Positions 1 to 9,282 of a stretch of 64,000 bases of DNA are shown piece by piece. Below the pieces are notes generated by a model. That model ran no database searches. It was not told the origin of the DNA and worked only from the letters and a program-made list of their open reading frames with translations. Within the stretch, counting starts at the first letter, position 1. Each line of letters begins with the position of its first letter. A program made the position numbers and the translations under genes. Source of the stretch: a virus. Taxonomy: Duplodnaviria; Heunggongvirae; Uroviricota; Caudoviricetes. The DNA lies in IMG/VR virus record IMGVR_UViG_3300017963_000223, one strand, 5' to 3'.

Positions 1-1
1 A

Positions 2-166
2 ACCGTTTGGTGGAACATCCTGACCGTCGCCGCCGGAGCCCTCGCGTGGTTCGCAGGCAACGAGGTCGTGGTCGAGAACTGGGGCGCCGCGATTCCGATT
101 CTGGTCGCCGTCCAGGGCGCAGTGAATATCGCCCTCCGGTTTGTGACCAGCAAGCCCATCGTCTGA
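2..166 (+). CDS. C-terminal fragment of a hydrophobic (membrane) protein, truncated by window start
   Basis: Frame 2 reads TVWWNILTVAAGALAWFAGNEVVVENWGAAIPILVAVQGAVNIALRFVTSKPIV* with GC-rich third positions and TM-like hydrophobicity; stop TGA at 164-166. Preferred over the Arg-rich frame-1 ORF 7..189. Confidence 0.35.
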   Translation, partial: TVWWNILTVAAGALAWFAGNEVVVENWGAAIPILVAVQGAVNIALRFVTSKPIV

Positions 167-237
167 TCCGCGACCCTCCCGCATCATAGACGCAACCCCG
201 GCGCCCAGGCGCCGCTTACCCAAGAAAGAGAATATCG

Positions 238-441
238 ATGTCAGACGTAGTTCGATCAGATTATCCGGCCAAGCCGAGCAACCCACCCGCCTCCATGGGC
301 GCCGTTGGCAACGTAGGCGGTGGCCCAGACCCGGCCGTCGTGCGGCCAGAGCATCCAGCCAAGCCGATGAACCCGCAGGCTTCCATGGGCGCCGTCGACA
401 ATGTCGGTGGCGGCACCGAGAAGCCCGTCGTTCGCGGCTAA
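238..441 (+). CDS. small protein with two tandem ~27-aa repeats (YPAKPxNPxASMGAVxNVGGG)
   Basis: ORF with RBS-like aaagagaa upstream of ATG; internal ~84-bp direct nucleotide repeat giving duplicated peptide motif. Confidence 0.3.
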   Translation: MSDVVRSDYPAKPSNPPASMGAVGNVGGGPDPAVVRPEHPAKPMNPQASMGAVDNVGGGTEKPVVRG

Positions 442-464
442 GAGCCCACCTCGCTGGGCTCCCT

Positions 465-538
465 TCGGGTGTAGCTCAGCCTGGAAGAGCGCGTGGTTTG
501 GGACCATGATGTCGCAGGTTCAAATCCTGTCACCCGGA
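465..538 (+). tRNA. tRNA-Pro (anticodon TGG)
   Basis: Manual cloverleaf: acceptor TCGGGTG/CACCCGG, D-stem GCTC/GAGC, anticodon stem CGTGG/CCATG with loop TTTGGGA (TGG), T-stem GCAGG/CCTGT with TTCAAAT loop, discriminator A. Confidence 0.8.
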
Positions 539-740
539 CTGATAACATGAACAAAGCCTTCTGCCAATGCGGTCGAGAGTGTGAGTGGCCTGAGAGCCAC
601 GACTACGCCCTCTGCCGCTGTAGCAGAACGGTTGAGCCTCAGACGGACATGGAGCGGGCAGACACCCGCCAGATGCACGAAGCGAGGCTACAGCGGATTT
701 ATGATGCGTCTCCGTTTCACTTTCGCCTCAAAGGATAACC

Positions 741-1454
741 ATGAAACCTCGAATCGCCTCACTCGCCCTTCTTTTCTGTTTGACCACGCCGTTTCTCGCC
801 CAGTCCGACCCAACCGCTCCCGCCCCTGCTCCCTCAGCGGCGGCAGCCCAAGACACGGACGACCAGGCCGAGGCGAAAATTGTGCTCGTTGCTCCAACTT
901 CTGCTCGCATCGGTGAGTTGGTCCGCCTTGACGCTTCTGGATCGGTAGCTTCTGAAATTCGGTGGAAGCTGACACCCGGTTCTGTTGACTTCGAGGTGTA
1001 TGATGCCGGAGCACGGGCCGTTTTTTCAGCGAGAGAGGCGGGTGAGTACCAGTTTATTGTGGCATGTGCAAAGGGTGACACCGTCGACTTCACAATTCAT
1101 ATTGTGAAAGTGCTGGCGCCGCCGCCCATGCCACAAACGGACAGCCTCGCGGATTGGATTCCGTACTGGAACTGGACAATCGATCTGCCGAAGGAGGAAA
1201 TTTCGAGCCTGGCAGCCGGTTTTGAGGAGATCGCCGCCCGCGCAGATGAGTTTGAGGACGTGAGCGACTTCATCCGAGCGACAGCGGTGGCCAGTCGAAC
1301 GATCCTTGGGGACCGAATCGACGCATGGAAGCCCTTGCTGGATAAAGTCGGCGCCAACCTGAAGGAGAAAGCAGAAACCGGCGCGATGACGAGCCCTGAA
1401 GAGTGCCGAGCGGAGTGGCTCAGAGTGGCCGAAGGCCTGAAAAACTGCTTGTAG
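741..1454 (+). CDS. secreted protein with N-terminal signal peptide (Ig/PKD-like beta-sandwich region)
   Basis: MKPRIASLALLFCLTTPFLAQS signal-like N-terminus; RBS aaaggataacc before ATG. Confidence 0.55.
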   Translation: MKPRIASLALLFCLTTPFLAQSDPTAPAPAPSAAAAQDTDDQAEAKIVLVAPTSARIGELVRLDASGSVASEIRWKLTPGSVDFEVYDAGARAVFSAREAGEYQFIVACAKGDTVDFTIHIVKVLAPPPMPQTDSLADWIPYWNWTIDLPKEEISSLAAGFEEIAARADEFEDVSDFIRATAVASRTILGDRIDAWKPLLDKVGANLKEKAETGAMTSPEECRAEWLRVAEGLKNCL

Positions 1455-1514
1455 TGCCTGTTTTTTAGGCAGAAATTGGCCATTTGTTGGAAATCACCCA
1501 TCGAAAGGACGGAA

Positions 1515-2510
1515 ATGGACCGACGGAACGCATTGAAGACGATCGCGACGGCAGCCGGGAGCATCTTTGTCCCGACGTTCATCAAAGCCGAGGTCATCAG
1601 GCCGGACACCCGCTTCGGTTGGCACTCAGACCCAGCAAGCCTCCGCGATTTCATCCGACGATACCGGTATCCCTTCGTCTCGCAACTGAATGCGGACATC
1701 AAAGGCACCGGAAAAGGCAAGAAAGCCTTCCTGCACCTCGCTTACGAGCGAGTTTCTGGTAAGAAGTTCGTCCCACACTTCCAAGGGGCCCCAGACTGCG
1801 TCTCCCAGGCGGCAGGATTGGGCGTCGACTTCCTTGCCAGCGTGCAAATTGCCATCAAACGGCAAGCACAGCGTTGGGTCGCCAAGACGGCGACCGAGCC
1901 GATCTACGGCGGCAGCCGAGTTGAGATCGGCGGCTACAGTGGCGGCGGCGGAGGCTCCACCGGCCACTGGGCAGCCGAATGGCTGTCGAAGTACGGCAAC
2001 ATTTTGCGGCAAGAGTACCCCACAGGGCACGATTTCCGCGTTTACAGCGCCTCGAAAGCTGAGGAATTTGGGAGAAAAGGCTGCCCAGATTCGTTAGAGC
2101 CGATCGCGAAGCTTCATCCGGTGAAGAAGGTGGCAATCTGTCGCTCCTACGCCGACCTTTGCGATTTGGTTTACAACGGCATGCCCGTCATGGTTTGCTC
2201 CAATGTTGGGTTCGGCAGCCCCACTTGCACACGCGATTCGGAAGGATTCTTGACTCGAAAGCGACGGCCATGGTATCATGCCATGCTGTTCGGCGGCTAC
2301 GATGACTCGTACCGTCGCAAGGGCGCCTTGTGTTTCAACTCCTGGGGCGAGCGGTGGGTCAACGGCCCAACACGCGGACCTCAACCGGCAGGCACCTTTT
2401 GGATCGATGCCGCCACAGTTGACGCAATGCTCCGTCAAGGTGACTCGTTTGGGTTCAGTGCCTATGTGGGCTTCCCGCGAGTCGTTATTCCACCGTTCAT
2501 TCTGTACTAA
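1515..2510 (+). CDS. Tat-signal papain-like (peptidase C1 family-like) cysteine peptidase
   Basis: Start MDRRNALKTIATAAGSIFVP (twin-arginine motif) with AGGA RBS. Papain-like motifs: QGAPDCVSQAAG (Cys), WYHAMLFGGYD (His), NSWGERWVNG (Asn-Ser-Trp-Gly). ORF 1476 in table is an upstream in-frame extension. Confidence 0.5.
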   Translation: MDRRNALKTIATAAGSIFVPTFIKAEVIRPDTRFGWHSDPASLRDFIRRYRYPFVSQLNADIKGTGKGKKAFLHLAYERVSGKKFVPHFQGAPDCVSQAAGLGVDFLASVQIAIKRQAQRWVAKTATEPIYGGSRVEIGGYSGGGGGSTGHWAAEWLSKYGNILRQEYPTGHDFRVYSASKAEEFGRKGCPDSLEPIAKLHPVKKVAICRSYADLCDLVYNGMPVMVCSNVGFGSPTCTRDSEGFLTRKRRPWYHAMLFGGYDDSYRRKGALCFNSWGERWVNGPTRGPQPAGTFWIDAATVDAMLRQGDSFGFSAYVGFPRVVIPPFILY

Positions 2511-2551
2511 CTAAGCCCCTGCGGGACCCGTGGGGCATCGGGAGAATACCA

Positions 2552-3025
2552 GTGAAAGAGAGGTTCATTCATGGGTTTGCGGCGTTCTACATCATGGCGT
2601 CAATCCTTATCGCTCATTCCGCTTTGGTTACGGCTGAAACGACTGCTTCGCGACACGCTCATCAAGGGAGCGTCGTGGGCGAGATTGAAGACTCTGTACG
2701 GGATCATCAACGACTACATCAGTCTGACGCGAACCAGCCAAGAACCGACAAGTCCTGCTACGTCGTCGAAATCTGGACAGGAGACTGGTGTAGACGATGC
2801 CCAGCCTACAAGCAGCAAGTCGTGCCAACTCTACTGAGTCTCGGCTACACTGTGACGTACAAGGACTGGGATGACGATGCCGAGGAGCGGCCAAAGAACA
2901 TGAGAGCGGTGCCTTCGGTGCGACTGTATTACAAAGGCACGTTCCTCCGTATGTGGGTCGCGCCGCCCGCTATGGCAATCGATCTCTTTGTTGAGCGGCG
3001 AATGTCGCTGAAAGCAGGTGACTGA
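2552..3025 (+). CDS. thioredoxin-like protein (WCRRCP CxxC motif), GTG start
   Basis: ORF with GGGAGA RBS 8 nt upstream of GTG; CxxC preceded by Trp, typical of thioredoxin fold. Confidence 0.45.
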   Translation: MKERFIHGFAAFYIMASILIAHSALVTAETTASRHAHQGSVVGEIEDSVRDHQRLHQSDANQPRTDKSCYVVEIWTGDWCRRCPAYKQQVVPTLLSLGYTVTYKDWDDDAEERPKNMRAVPSVRLYYKGTFLRMWVAPPAMAIDLFVERRMSLKAGD

Positions 3026-3489
3026 TGGCGAAAAGGAAACCTCTTGTAATCACCAACGGCCAGATCGAGCGCCTGCAAAGTGGCGATCGCCTTGATTTGG
3101 CCAACAGCGCGACGAAGCAAAACGATTCTGGCAACACGATCAATATCGCGACGCCGGTTTACGTCAGTGGCAATAATGTGCTACCCGCACAGGCGGACGC
3201 ACAGAGCACCGTTCGAGTGGCGGGCCTTGCAGACGCAACCACCGCCAACGGCAACCCGATCGAAGTGGTTGCTGACGGTGTATTCACCGCGACAACCGGC
3301 GAGTGGGACGCCGTCACTGGTCAGACTGGTGGCTTGACGCCTGGCGCCGACTACTGGCTTAGCGCCGCGACAGCAGGCGAGTTGACAACGACCGCTCCTG
3401 ATGCTGATGGAGAGTTCGTGCAGCGTGTTGGTCACGCTTTGTCGGCGACCGAACTCGAAATCGAAGTGGGGCAGCCGATCAAACTATGA
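3025..3489 (+). CDS. hypothetical phage protein; C-terminal domain paralogous to 12104..12811 product
   Basis: RBS aggtgactgATG; C-terminus GADYWLSAATAGELTTTAPDADGEFVQRVGHALSATELEIEV aligns with GTVYFLHTTDGQMRATPPTGDGEVVVTMGVAVTTTKFDIEV of the 12104 gene. Confidence 0.55.
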   Translation: MAKRKPLVITNGQIERLQSGDRLDLANSATKQNDSGNTINIATPVYVSGNNVLPAQADAQSTVRVAGLADATTANGNPIEVVADGVFTATTGEWDAVTGQTGGLTPGADYWLSAATAGELTTTAPDADGEFVQRVGHALSATELEIEVGQPIKL

Positions 3490-3812
3490 AGCAACCCCTT
3501 ATCATGCGGCAAGGATTGTTCCAAGCCGCAGACGGGGAGCCTCTTCAGATTCTGTCGCTCAACTTCGGGGCCGCCGAGCCGATAGTTGTTGACAGTCGAA
3601 CGATTGTCAAGTCTCAAACCCGCCACACGCTAGTGAGAGGGTCATCGAGACGAGTGAGATGGATTCAAGGTGGTGAGGAAGGAGACTTGCTGCTACTACA
3701 AGGTGATGTCACTTTAGTGTCAGGCGGCAACATCGTTGAAAGGATTGTGTTGAGCACGGATCGAATCACTTCACTCTTGTTTACGGGTGGATTTTGGACA
3801 CCTTTATTGTAG
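3486..3812 (+). CDS. hypothetical protein
   Basis: ORF with ATGA start/stop overlap to upstream gene (translational coupling). Confidence 0.45.
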   Translation: MKQPLIMRQGLFQAADGEPLQILSLNFGAAEPIVVDSRTIVKSQTRHTLVRGSSRRVRWIQGGEEGDLLLLQGDVTLVSGGNIVERIVLSTDRITSLLFTGGFWTPLL

Positions 3813-4189
3813 CTCTTCAGCATGCGGCAGCCGTGGGCGTACTCGCCTGCCTCATCAGTGAAAGCAACATCGCGGCTCCCGTCCGTGACAGATTGGGGTG
3901 GCGAGTCTTGTATTGTCCAATTTGCTTGGGCTTTTGGCTCGCCTTGCCTGCGTTTGTTTACGGCCCGTTGCACTACCTGTTCGTCGTTGCGTTGTCGAAC
4001 GTGTGGATGCTCATCATCTTGAAGGTGTACGCAGAACTCGACGCTATTGGAGACAGTGATGCCGATTCAGAAGTGCAAGACGAAGACCGGCAAGTCGGGC
4101 TTCAAGGCGGGGAAGACAGGGAAATGCTACGCAGGAAAATCAGGGAAGAAGAAAGCCATCAAGCAAGAACTCGCTATAGCCCATTCTAG
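3794..4189 (+). CDS. predicted multi-TM membrane protein (GTG start), acidic C-terminus
   Basis: Hydrophobic segments VGVLACLI, LGFWLALPAFVYGPLHYLFVVALSNVWMLIIL; overlaps previous stop. Function unknown (holin-like topology is only a guess). Confidence 0.4.
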   Translation: MDTFIVALQHAAAVGVLACLISESNIAAPVRDRLGWRVLYCPICLGFWLALPAFVYGPLHYLFVVALSNVWMLIILKVYAELDAIGDSDADSEVQDEDRQVGLQGGEDREMLRRKIREEESHQARTRYSPF

Positions 4190-4207
4190 CGGCAGAAAGC
4201 CACATCT

Positions 4208-4525
4208 ATGAGACTCAAGAGACTTCGCAAGAAGATTCGCAGGCAGGCCAAGCGTGAGTTGCGAACCGGTCGTATCACGCAGCAGCAAGCCGACCATTGT
4301 TTGGCAGTCGCCAATGCTAGCGACGCCGTTCTTCAGAGAGTCAACACACGGATCGAGAACGAGATCAATCCGTGGAATCGCCCCGACGGCCTTGTTGGTG
4401 CAGGTTGGAAAGACTGGCTCTCCAATGCTTGGGACTGGTTCGTTGCGAACTGGCCCAAGATCCTGAACATCATTATGACCGTCGCACCCTTACTGCTAAT
4501 GGAGGCCGATCGTGAAGATTCCTAG
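4208..4525 (+). CDS. hypothetical protein (basic N-terminus)
   Basis: ORF, Arg/Lys-rich N-terminus. Confidence 0.4.
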   Translation: MRLKRLRKKIRRQAKRELRTGRITQQQADHCLAVANASDAVLQRVNTRIENEINPWNRPDGLVGAGWKDWLSNAWDWFVANWPKILNIIMTVAPLLLMEADREDS

Positions 4526-4898
4526 TCCTTTCCCACGTCAACAGCATATCCGCTTCAACGTCAACAACGGCGAGTGTCTTGGTGCGTGCGGCGAAGGGCC
4601 AGAGATCGAGGTCCCTGACATGGCGGTCGAAGTTCTCATTGAGCCGGTCAACAGAGGAAGGTACGATGCCGATGTAATCGGTTCCGGCTATGTCTGGTCG
4701 AAAGAATTCGGCATGCTGAGCGTCGAAGACCATGTGAAGAAGATGCAGATCAAGGAAGAGGAAGCGGCCCTCAAAGCGCGGCAGAAAGCCGAGCGAGATC
4801 GCAAGCGGGAAGAGGCGAAGGTTGCCAAGCCGAAGGCTGAAGTCAAAGTCGATCGGGCACCGTCCGGGATGGCGAAGGTAACGAAAACCAAGAAGTAG
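4512..4898 (+). CDS. hypothetical protein immediately upstream of large terminase (possible small terminase subunit by position)
   Basis: GGAGG RBS before GTG; Lys-rich C-terminus; position directly 5' of terL. Confidence 0.4.
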   Translation: MKIPSPFPRQQHIRFNVNNGECLGACGEGPEIEVPDMAVEVLIEPVNRGRYDADVIGSGYVWSKEFGMLSVEDHVKKMQIKEEEAALKARQKAERDRKREEAKVAKPKAEVKVDRAPSGMAKVTKTKK

Positions 4899-4905
4899 GC
4901 ACGGT

Positions 4906-6567
4906 ATGGGGTTGCTTACTGACTTCGGCGACGTGCTCAAGACGGGATTGGTTTCCCGCACGTTGAGCACATGTAGTCGCTGGGTGACAAAACGCCGGAT
5001 CATGGGCGAGCCCCTGAGTGGTCCTTACGGCTTCAAGTACCATCCTTGGTGCCGCGAGGTCCATGACTCCAGCGCTGGCTTCAACACGATTATGAAGTCA
5101 GCCCAGATGGGGCTGACCGAAGTAGCGATCAATGTCGCGTTCTTCACCGTGGATGTTTTGAAGCGAGATGTATTGTACGTGCTGCCCACAGCCCTCAATG
5201 CGTCAGACTTTAGCAAGTCAAGGTTCAACACTGCCTTGCTGCACAGCGAGTACCTTTCCAACTTGTTCACGGATACGAACTCGGTCGGGCTGAAGCAGGC
5301 GGGCGGAACCAACTTGTACATTCGCGGATCACGCGGAAACTCAAACTTGAAGTCGATACCTGTCTCGGTTCTGATTCTTGATGAAGCAGACGAGATGGAT
5401 CAGCGGGCCATCTGGCTTGCTCTCGAACGACTGTCAGGTCAGCTACACAAGTTCGTGTTCAGTTTGAGCACGCCGACGATCCCGAACTTCGGGATTCACA
5501 AACTGTATTTGCAAGGAACGCAGGAGCACTTCTACTTCAAGTGCCCGCGATGCGGTCGGACCACCGAGTTGCTTTTCCCAGACTGTTTGGAGATCTGTGG
5601 CGAAAGCATAACCGATCCTGACATAAAGCGGTCACATCTGAAGTGCCAGGAATGCAAGAAGGAGATCAAGCACGAAGAGAAGCCCGAGTTTTTGGAGCCC
5701 GCTTACTGGGAACCAACAGTGAGCGTCGATGACGACCATCGTAGTTTCTACATCAATCAGATGTACAGCTACATGGTTAAGCCATGGGAGCTTGCCGCTG
5801 CCTATTTTCGGGGGATCGGTGACGAAGCGGCCATGGTTGAGTTCTTCAACTCAAAGCAGGGCTTGCCTTACATTCCGGACGGTGGGCAAGTCACTGACGG
5901 TGAGATTGAGAACTCTATCCAGGGCTATTTCAAAGAGAATCAGCGTCCCGACATCGGCACCGATCGTTGCATTGTGATGGGCATCGATCAAGGAAAGATG
6001 AACAACGTCGTTGTCGTTGAGTATTTGTTGAAGGGCACCGGCACCGACTTGAATGCGGCGTCGCATGCGAAGATTCTTTGGGAAGGAAAGCTGCCAGGGG
6101 ACGATTTCGAGACGCTAGACCCGCTCATGCGGGAGTGGCAGATTCGGGCGTGTGTTATTGATGCCGACCCGCAAATCAACGACGCACGACGATTCGCTCG
6201 ACGCTTCCCTGGCTACGTGTACCTGTGCCGCTATCGACGGGGCGTCACAGGGAAGGAACTACAAGTTTCAGAAGAAGATAGCGGGGCTCCGATCGTAACA
6301 GTAGATAGGACGAACTGGCTCGACGCCTCAATGGGCCGGTTTCACTCCGATCGCGTTCACGCTCCTGCGGACACGTCGCATGAGTTCAAGGAGCACTTGA
6401 AAGCTCTTGTGCGAACGTATGAGAAGGACGAACTAGGAAATTCCAGAGCCGTCTATTTGAATACCGGCCCTGATCACTTTGCACATGCTTTTAACTATGC
6501 AGAGATCGCTCTCACATTGGCAGCGGGCATCGGGTCAGGTGGGGATGTAGAGGGCGAGGTGCTTTGA
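4906..6567 (+). CDS. terL: terminase large subunit (GpA-like family with zinc ribbon)
   Basis: 553 aa; Walker-B-like VLILDEADEMD; CPRCG...CQECK zinc ribbon as in lambda gpA-type terminases; followed by portal. Confidence 0.8.
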   Translation: MGLLTDFGDVLKTGLVSRTLSTCSRWVTKRRIMGEPLSGPYGFKYHPWCREVHDSSAGFNTIMKSAQMGLTEVAINVAFFTVDVLKRDVLYVLPTALNASDFSKSRFNTALLHSEYLSNLFTDTNSVGLKQAGGTNLYIRGSRGNSNLKSIPVSVLILDEADEMDQRAIWLALERLSGQLHKFVFSLSTPTIPNFGIHKLYLQGTQEHFYFKCPRCGRTTELLFPDCLEICGESITDPDIKRSHLKCQECKKEIKHEEKPEFLEPAYWEPTVSVDDDHRSFYINQMYSYMVKPWELAAAYFRGIGDEAAMVEFFNSKQGLPYIPDGGQVTDGEIENSIQGYFKENQRPDIGTDRCIVMGIDQGKMNNVVVVEYLLKGTGTDLNAASHAKILWEGKLPGDDFETLDPLMREWQIRACVIDADPQINDARRFARRFPGYVYLCRYRRGVTGKELQVSEEDSGAPIVTVDRTNWLDASMGRFHSDRVHAPADTSHEFKEHLKALVRTYEKDELGNSRAVYLNTGPDHFAHAFNYAEIALTLAAGIGSGGDVEGEVL

Positions 6568-6594
6568 TGGCCACGAACACTTAGAGGAAAACTG

Positions 6595-8535
6595 ATGGCA
6601 CGCGACTCAAAATTCCTGACAGCCATACGGCATCCAGAGTACCTTGAGGATGAGGCATACTGGTACGACTGGAGAGATTGCTATAACGGCGGCCAGCGGT
6701 ATGTGCGTCGGAATTTGAAGAAGTTTAGCAATCGGGAAACCTCTGAAGAGTTTGCAAATCGCAAGTTTTTCACGCCAATCCCGAGCTATGCCAAGGCGGC
6801 CGTCAACGATGTCCGTAACGCAATTTTCCAGAGACTTCGAGATGTCTCACGTAGGAACGGCAGCGAGAACTATATGAGGGCGTCGGCCGGGGAGATCGGC
6901 GGCGTCGATAACAAAGGTGCCTCGATGCAATCGTTCCTTGGTATCGATGTGCTCACCGAGTTGCTCGTCATGGGTCGCGTCGGTGTGTACGTCGATATGC
7001 CTCAACTTTCTAGCCCGCGTTCTTTGGCTGACGAGGACAACACCAGACCATATTGCTACATGTACCGTGTCGAAGATATTTTGTCATGGGCGGTAGCGAA
7101 GCCGGAAGAGCCGGGCGACTTCACTGCTTTGCTGCTTCGTGATCGTGGAGTCGATTACAATCAGGGGTTTGCCAATGGTGCATACCTGCCGAGTGGAGGT
7201 TACAATCGATACCGCTTCATGTGGATCGACCCGTTCTCTGGCAAAGTCAAGATGAAGATGTACGACGAGGAAGACAACATCATTGACTTGGACGGTAACA
7301 TCCTTGTCGGTAGGAAGCGGAACGGCCAGGAGAAGGGTCAAATCACTGATGATACGATCGAGATTGAGAACCAAGGTGGTTTGGATGACGAGACGGGCAT
7401 CATCAATCTTGACTTGACGAGACTTCCCTTCACCATGCCAAGCATCGGTTCGAGTCTTTTGAAGGACGTGTACAAGCATCAGGTCGCTTTGTTGAATCTC
7501 GGTTCAAGTGACGTCGCCTATGCGTTGAAGGCAAACATTCCGCTCTACGTTGAGCAGCGTGATACTCGCGCCGTAGGCCATCACTTGAAGCAGTTTGTTG
7601 ATGACGATGGAACCTCTGTTACATCGGATAATCACAAGCCCGGAGAGGAAATGCGCACAGGCGTGTCTCATGGCCGCTACTATGATCTGAAGGCTGATCA
7701 GCCCTCTTTCATTCATCCCAGTCCCGAACCCCTCATGGCGTCAATTAAGCTGCAAGAGAAGCTTGAGGACGACATCAGGAAACTAGTGAACCTCGCTGTG
7801 CAGAACAAGACGGGCCAGCGGGCCATCTCTGCTGAAGCCATGAAGCTGTCGGATCAAGGGTTGGAGGCCGGGCTTTCGTATATCGGTCTGGTGCTGGAGA
7901 ACTCGGAGCGTCAGATCGCTGAACACTGGGCCGCCTATGAAAGCCGCGATCCAGAACAGCGACAGGTTGCCACGATTAAGTACCCGGATCGTTACAGCTT
8001 GAAGAACGATGAGGATCGCGTGAAGGAAGCCACGCAACTGTCCGAACTCATGTACACGGTGCCTGGCGATCAAGTCAAGAAGGAACTGTCGAAGAACATC
8101 GTTACCGCCTTGTTGTCGGGCAAAATCAATACGGCCACGATCGATAAGATCTTCACTGAGATCGACAACGCCAACTACACAACGTCTGATCCCGACATCA
8201 TCATCCGGGCGCACGAAGGCGGTCTGGTCGGCGGCGCCACGGCGTCCCGTGCTATCGGCTTCGACAAGAACGAATGGGGCAAAGCGAAGGAAGACCATAT
8301 CGAACGTGTTCAAGCCATCGCCGACGCTCAAGCCCCTCCCCAACCTGAAGGCGAAGAGGACGAAGAAGGCATGGAAGAAGGCATGGCTGCCAGAGGTGTG
8401 AAGGATGTGGACCCCGACCCTGAATCCGGTAAGAAAGAACGTGAAGCCGCAAACGACACGACTCTGGAAGCCGACAAAAAGAAACCCACGCGAGGTGAAG
8501 GCAAGAGCCTCAAGAAGGGAAGAAAGGAAGACTAA
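6595..8535 (+). CDS. portal protein
   Basis: 646 aa directly after terL, AGAGGAAAA RBS, acidic C-terminal tail (EGEEDEEGMEEGM). Confidence 0.65.
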   Translation: MARDSKFLTAIRHPEYLEDEAYWYDWRDCYNGGQRYVRRNLKKFSNRETSEEFANRKFFTPIPSYAKAAVNDVRNAIFQRLRDVSRRNGSENYMRASAGEIGGVDNKGASMQSFLGIDVLTELLVMGRVGVYVDMPQLSSPRSLADEDNTRPYCYMYRVEDILSWAVAKPEEPGDFTALLLRDRGVDYNQGFANGAYLPSGGYNRYRFMWIDPFSGKVKMKMYDEEDNIIDLDGNILVGRKRNGQEKGQITDDTIEIENQGGLDDETGIINLDLTRLPFTMPSIGSSLLKDVYKHQVALLNLGSSDVAYALKANIPLYVEQRDTRAVGHHLKQFVDDDGTSVTSDNHKPGEEMRTGVSHGRYYDLKADQPSFIHPSPEPLMASIKLQEKLEDDIRKLVNLAVQNKTGQRAISAEAMKLSDQGLEAGLSYIGLVLENSERQIAEHWAAYESRDPEQRQVATIKYPDRYSLKNDEDRVKEATQLSELMYTVPGDQVKKELSKNIVTALLSGKINTATIDKIFTEIDNANYTTSDPDIIIRAHEGGLVGGATASRAIGFDKNEWGKAKEDHIERVQAIADAQAPPQPEGEEDEEGMEEGMAARGVKDVDPDPESGKKEREAANDTTLEADKKKPTRGEGKSLKKGRKED

Positions 8536-8703
8536 ATGGTAGCCAAGTTCAACGGCAAAGGACCGGTCATCAAGAAGGGCGGAGCGAATAAGCCCAGCGG
8601 ACAGCCGGTTCAACCTGCCACCAAGGAAGTCAAGTCACCTTATTCAGAAGCAAAGAAGAAGGGCGGCTCGGCTAGTGTTGGCAGCGGCATCGGCAACTCA
8701 TAA
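8536..8703 (+). CDS. small basic/Gly-rich protein (55 aa)
   Basis: ATG at 8536 with GGAAGAAAGGAAG RBS; not in ORF table because <60 aa. Confidence 0.3.
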   Translation: MVAKFNGKGPVIKKGGANKPSGQPVQPATKEVKSPYSEAKKKGGSASVGSGIGNS

Positions 8704-8714
8704 GGATCACTCAG

Positions 8715-9266
8715 ATGTCTTCATACTACGGCACTCTTAGCGGAGCCAACGACTACTTCGACAACCGCCTACATTCGGAGAGTTGGGGCGATAGTAGTAC
8801 AGCAGATCGTCCCAAGGCGCTGCTTGAAGCGACTCGGCTTATCGATTCGCTGAACTACCGTGGCCTGAAGCATTCTGTGTGGTTGGTGATGTACGAGGAA
8901 GACCCATATCAAACAGGCAACTACACGAAGATTCTTGTGGACCAACCCAGCCGACAGGCCATTATTACTGCGGATGGGACACAAGCGTTGGAGTTTCCTC
9001 GTGGGCAGGATACAACTGTTCCTGAAGAGATTGAGTGGGCGTGCTATGAGATTGCGCTCGCAATTATCGAAGGCTTTGACCCGGAAGACGCCATTGAAAG
9101 GGCGAACATCACCCGGCAAGCATACGCATCCGTTCGGACTACCTACGCCGACGGAAATGCTGCAATGGAATACCTCGGATATGGTATTCCGACGGCCAGA
9201 GTGTGGAGATGGCTCAAGCCATATCTTGTGCTCGACCGTACTATCAGAACCAGTAGGGCCGACTAA
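8715..9266 (+). CDS. hypothetical head-morphogenesis protein
   Basis: ORF between portal and scaffold; RBS aaggatcac. Confidence 0.5.
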   Translation: MSSYYGTLSGANDYFDNRLHSESWGDSSTADRPKALLEATRLIDSLNYRGLKHSVWLVMYEEDPYQTGNYTKILVDQPSRQAIITADGTQALEFPRGQDTTVPEEIEWACYEIALAIIEGFDPEDAIERANITRQAYASVRTTYADGNAAMEYLGYGIPTARVWRWLKPYLVLDRTIRTSRAD

Positions 9267-9282
9267 CGAAAGGTTAGGAACT

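Noticed and set aside
493-738. 81-aa ORF overlapping tRNA-Pro
   Set aside because: It overlaps the tRNA. A shorter version from ATG 547 (60 aa, Cys-rich) is possible, but it has a weak RBS and no supporting features.
7783-8613. 276-aa minus-strand ORF antisense to the portal gene (and other long - strand ORFs such as 43780..44559, 48107..49027, 49885..50907, 51867..52808)
   Set aside because: It has the same antisense-artefact properties. The sense-strand genes have homology-type motifs and coupled starts.
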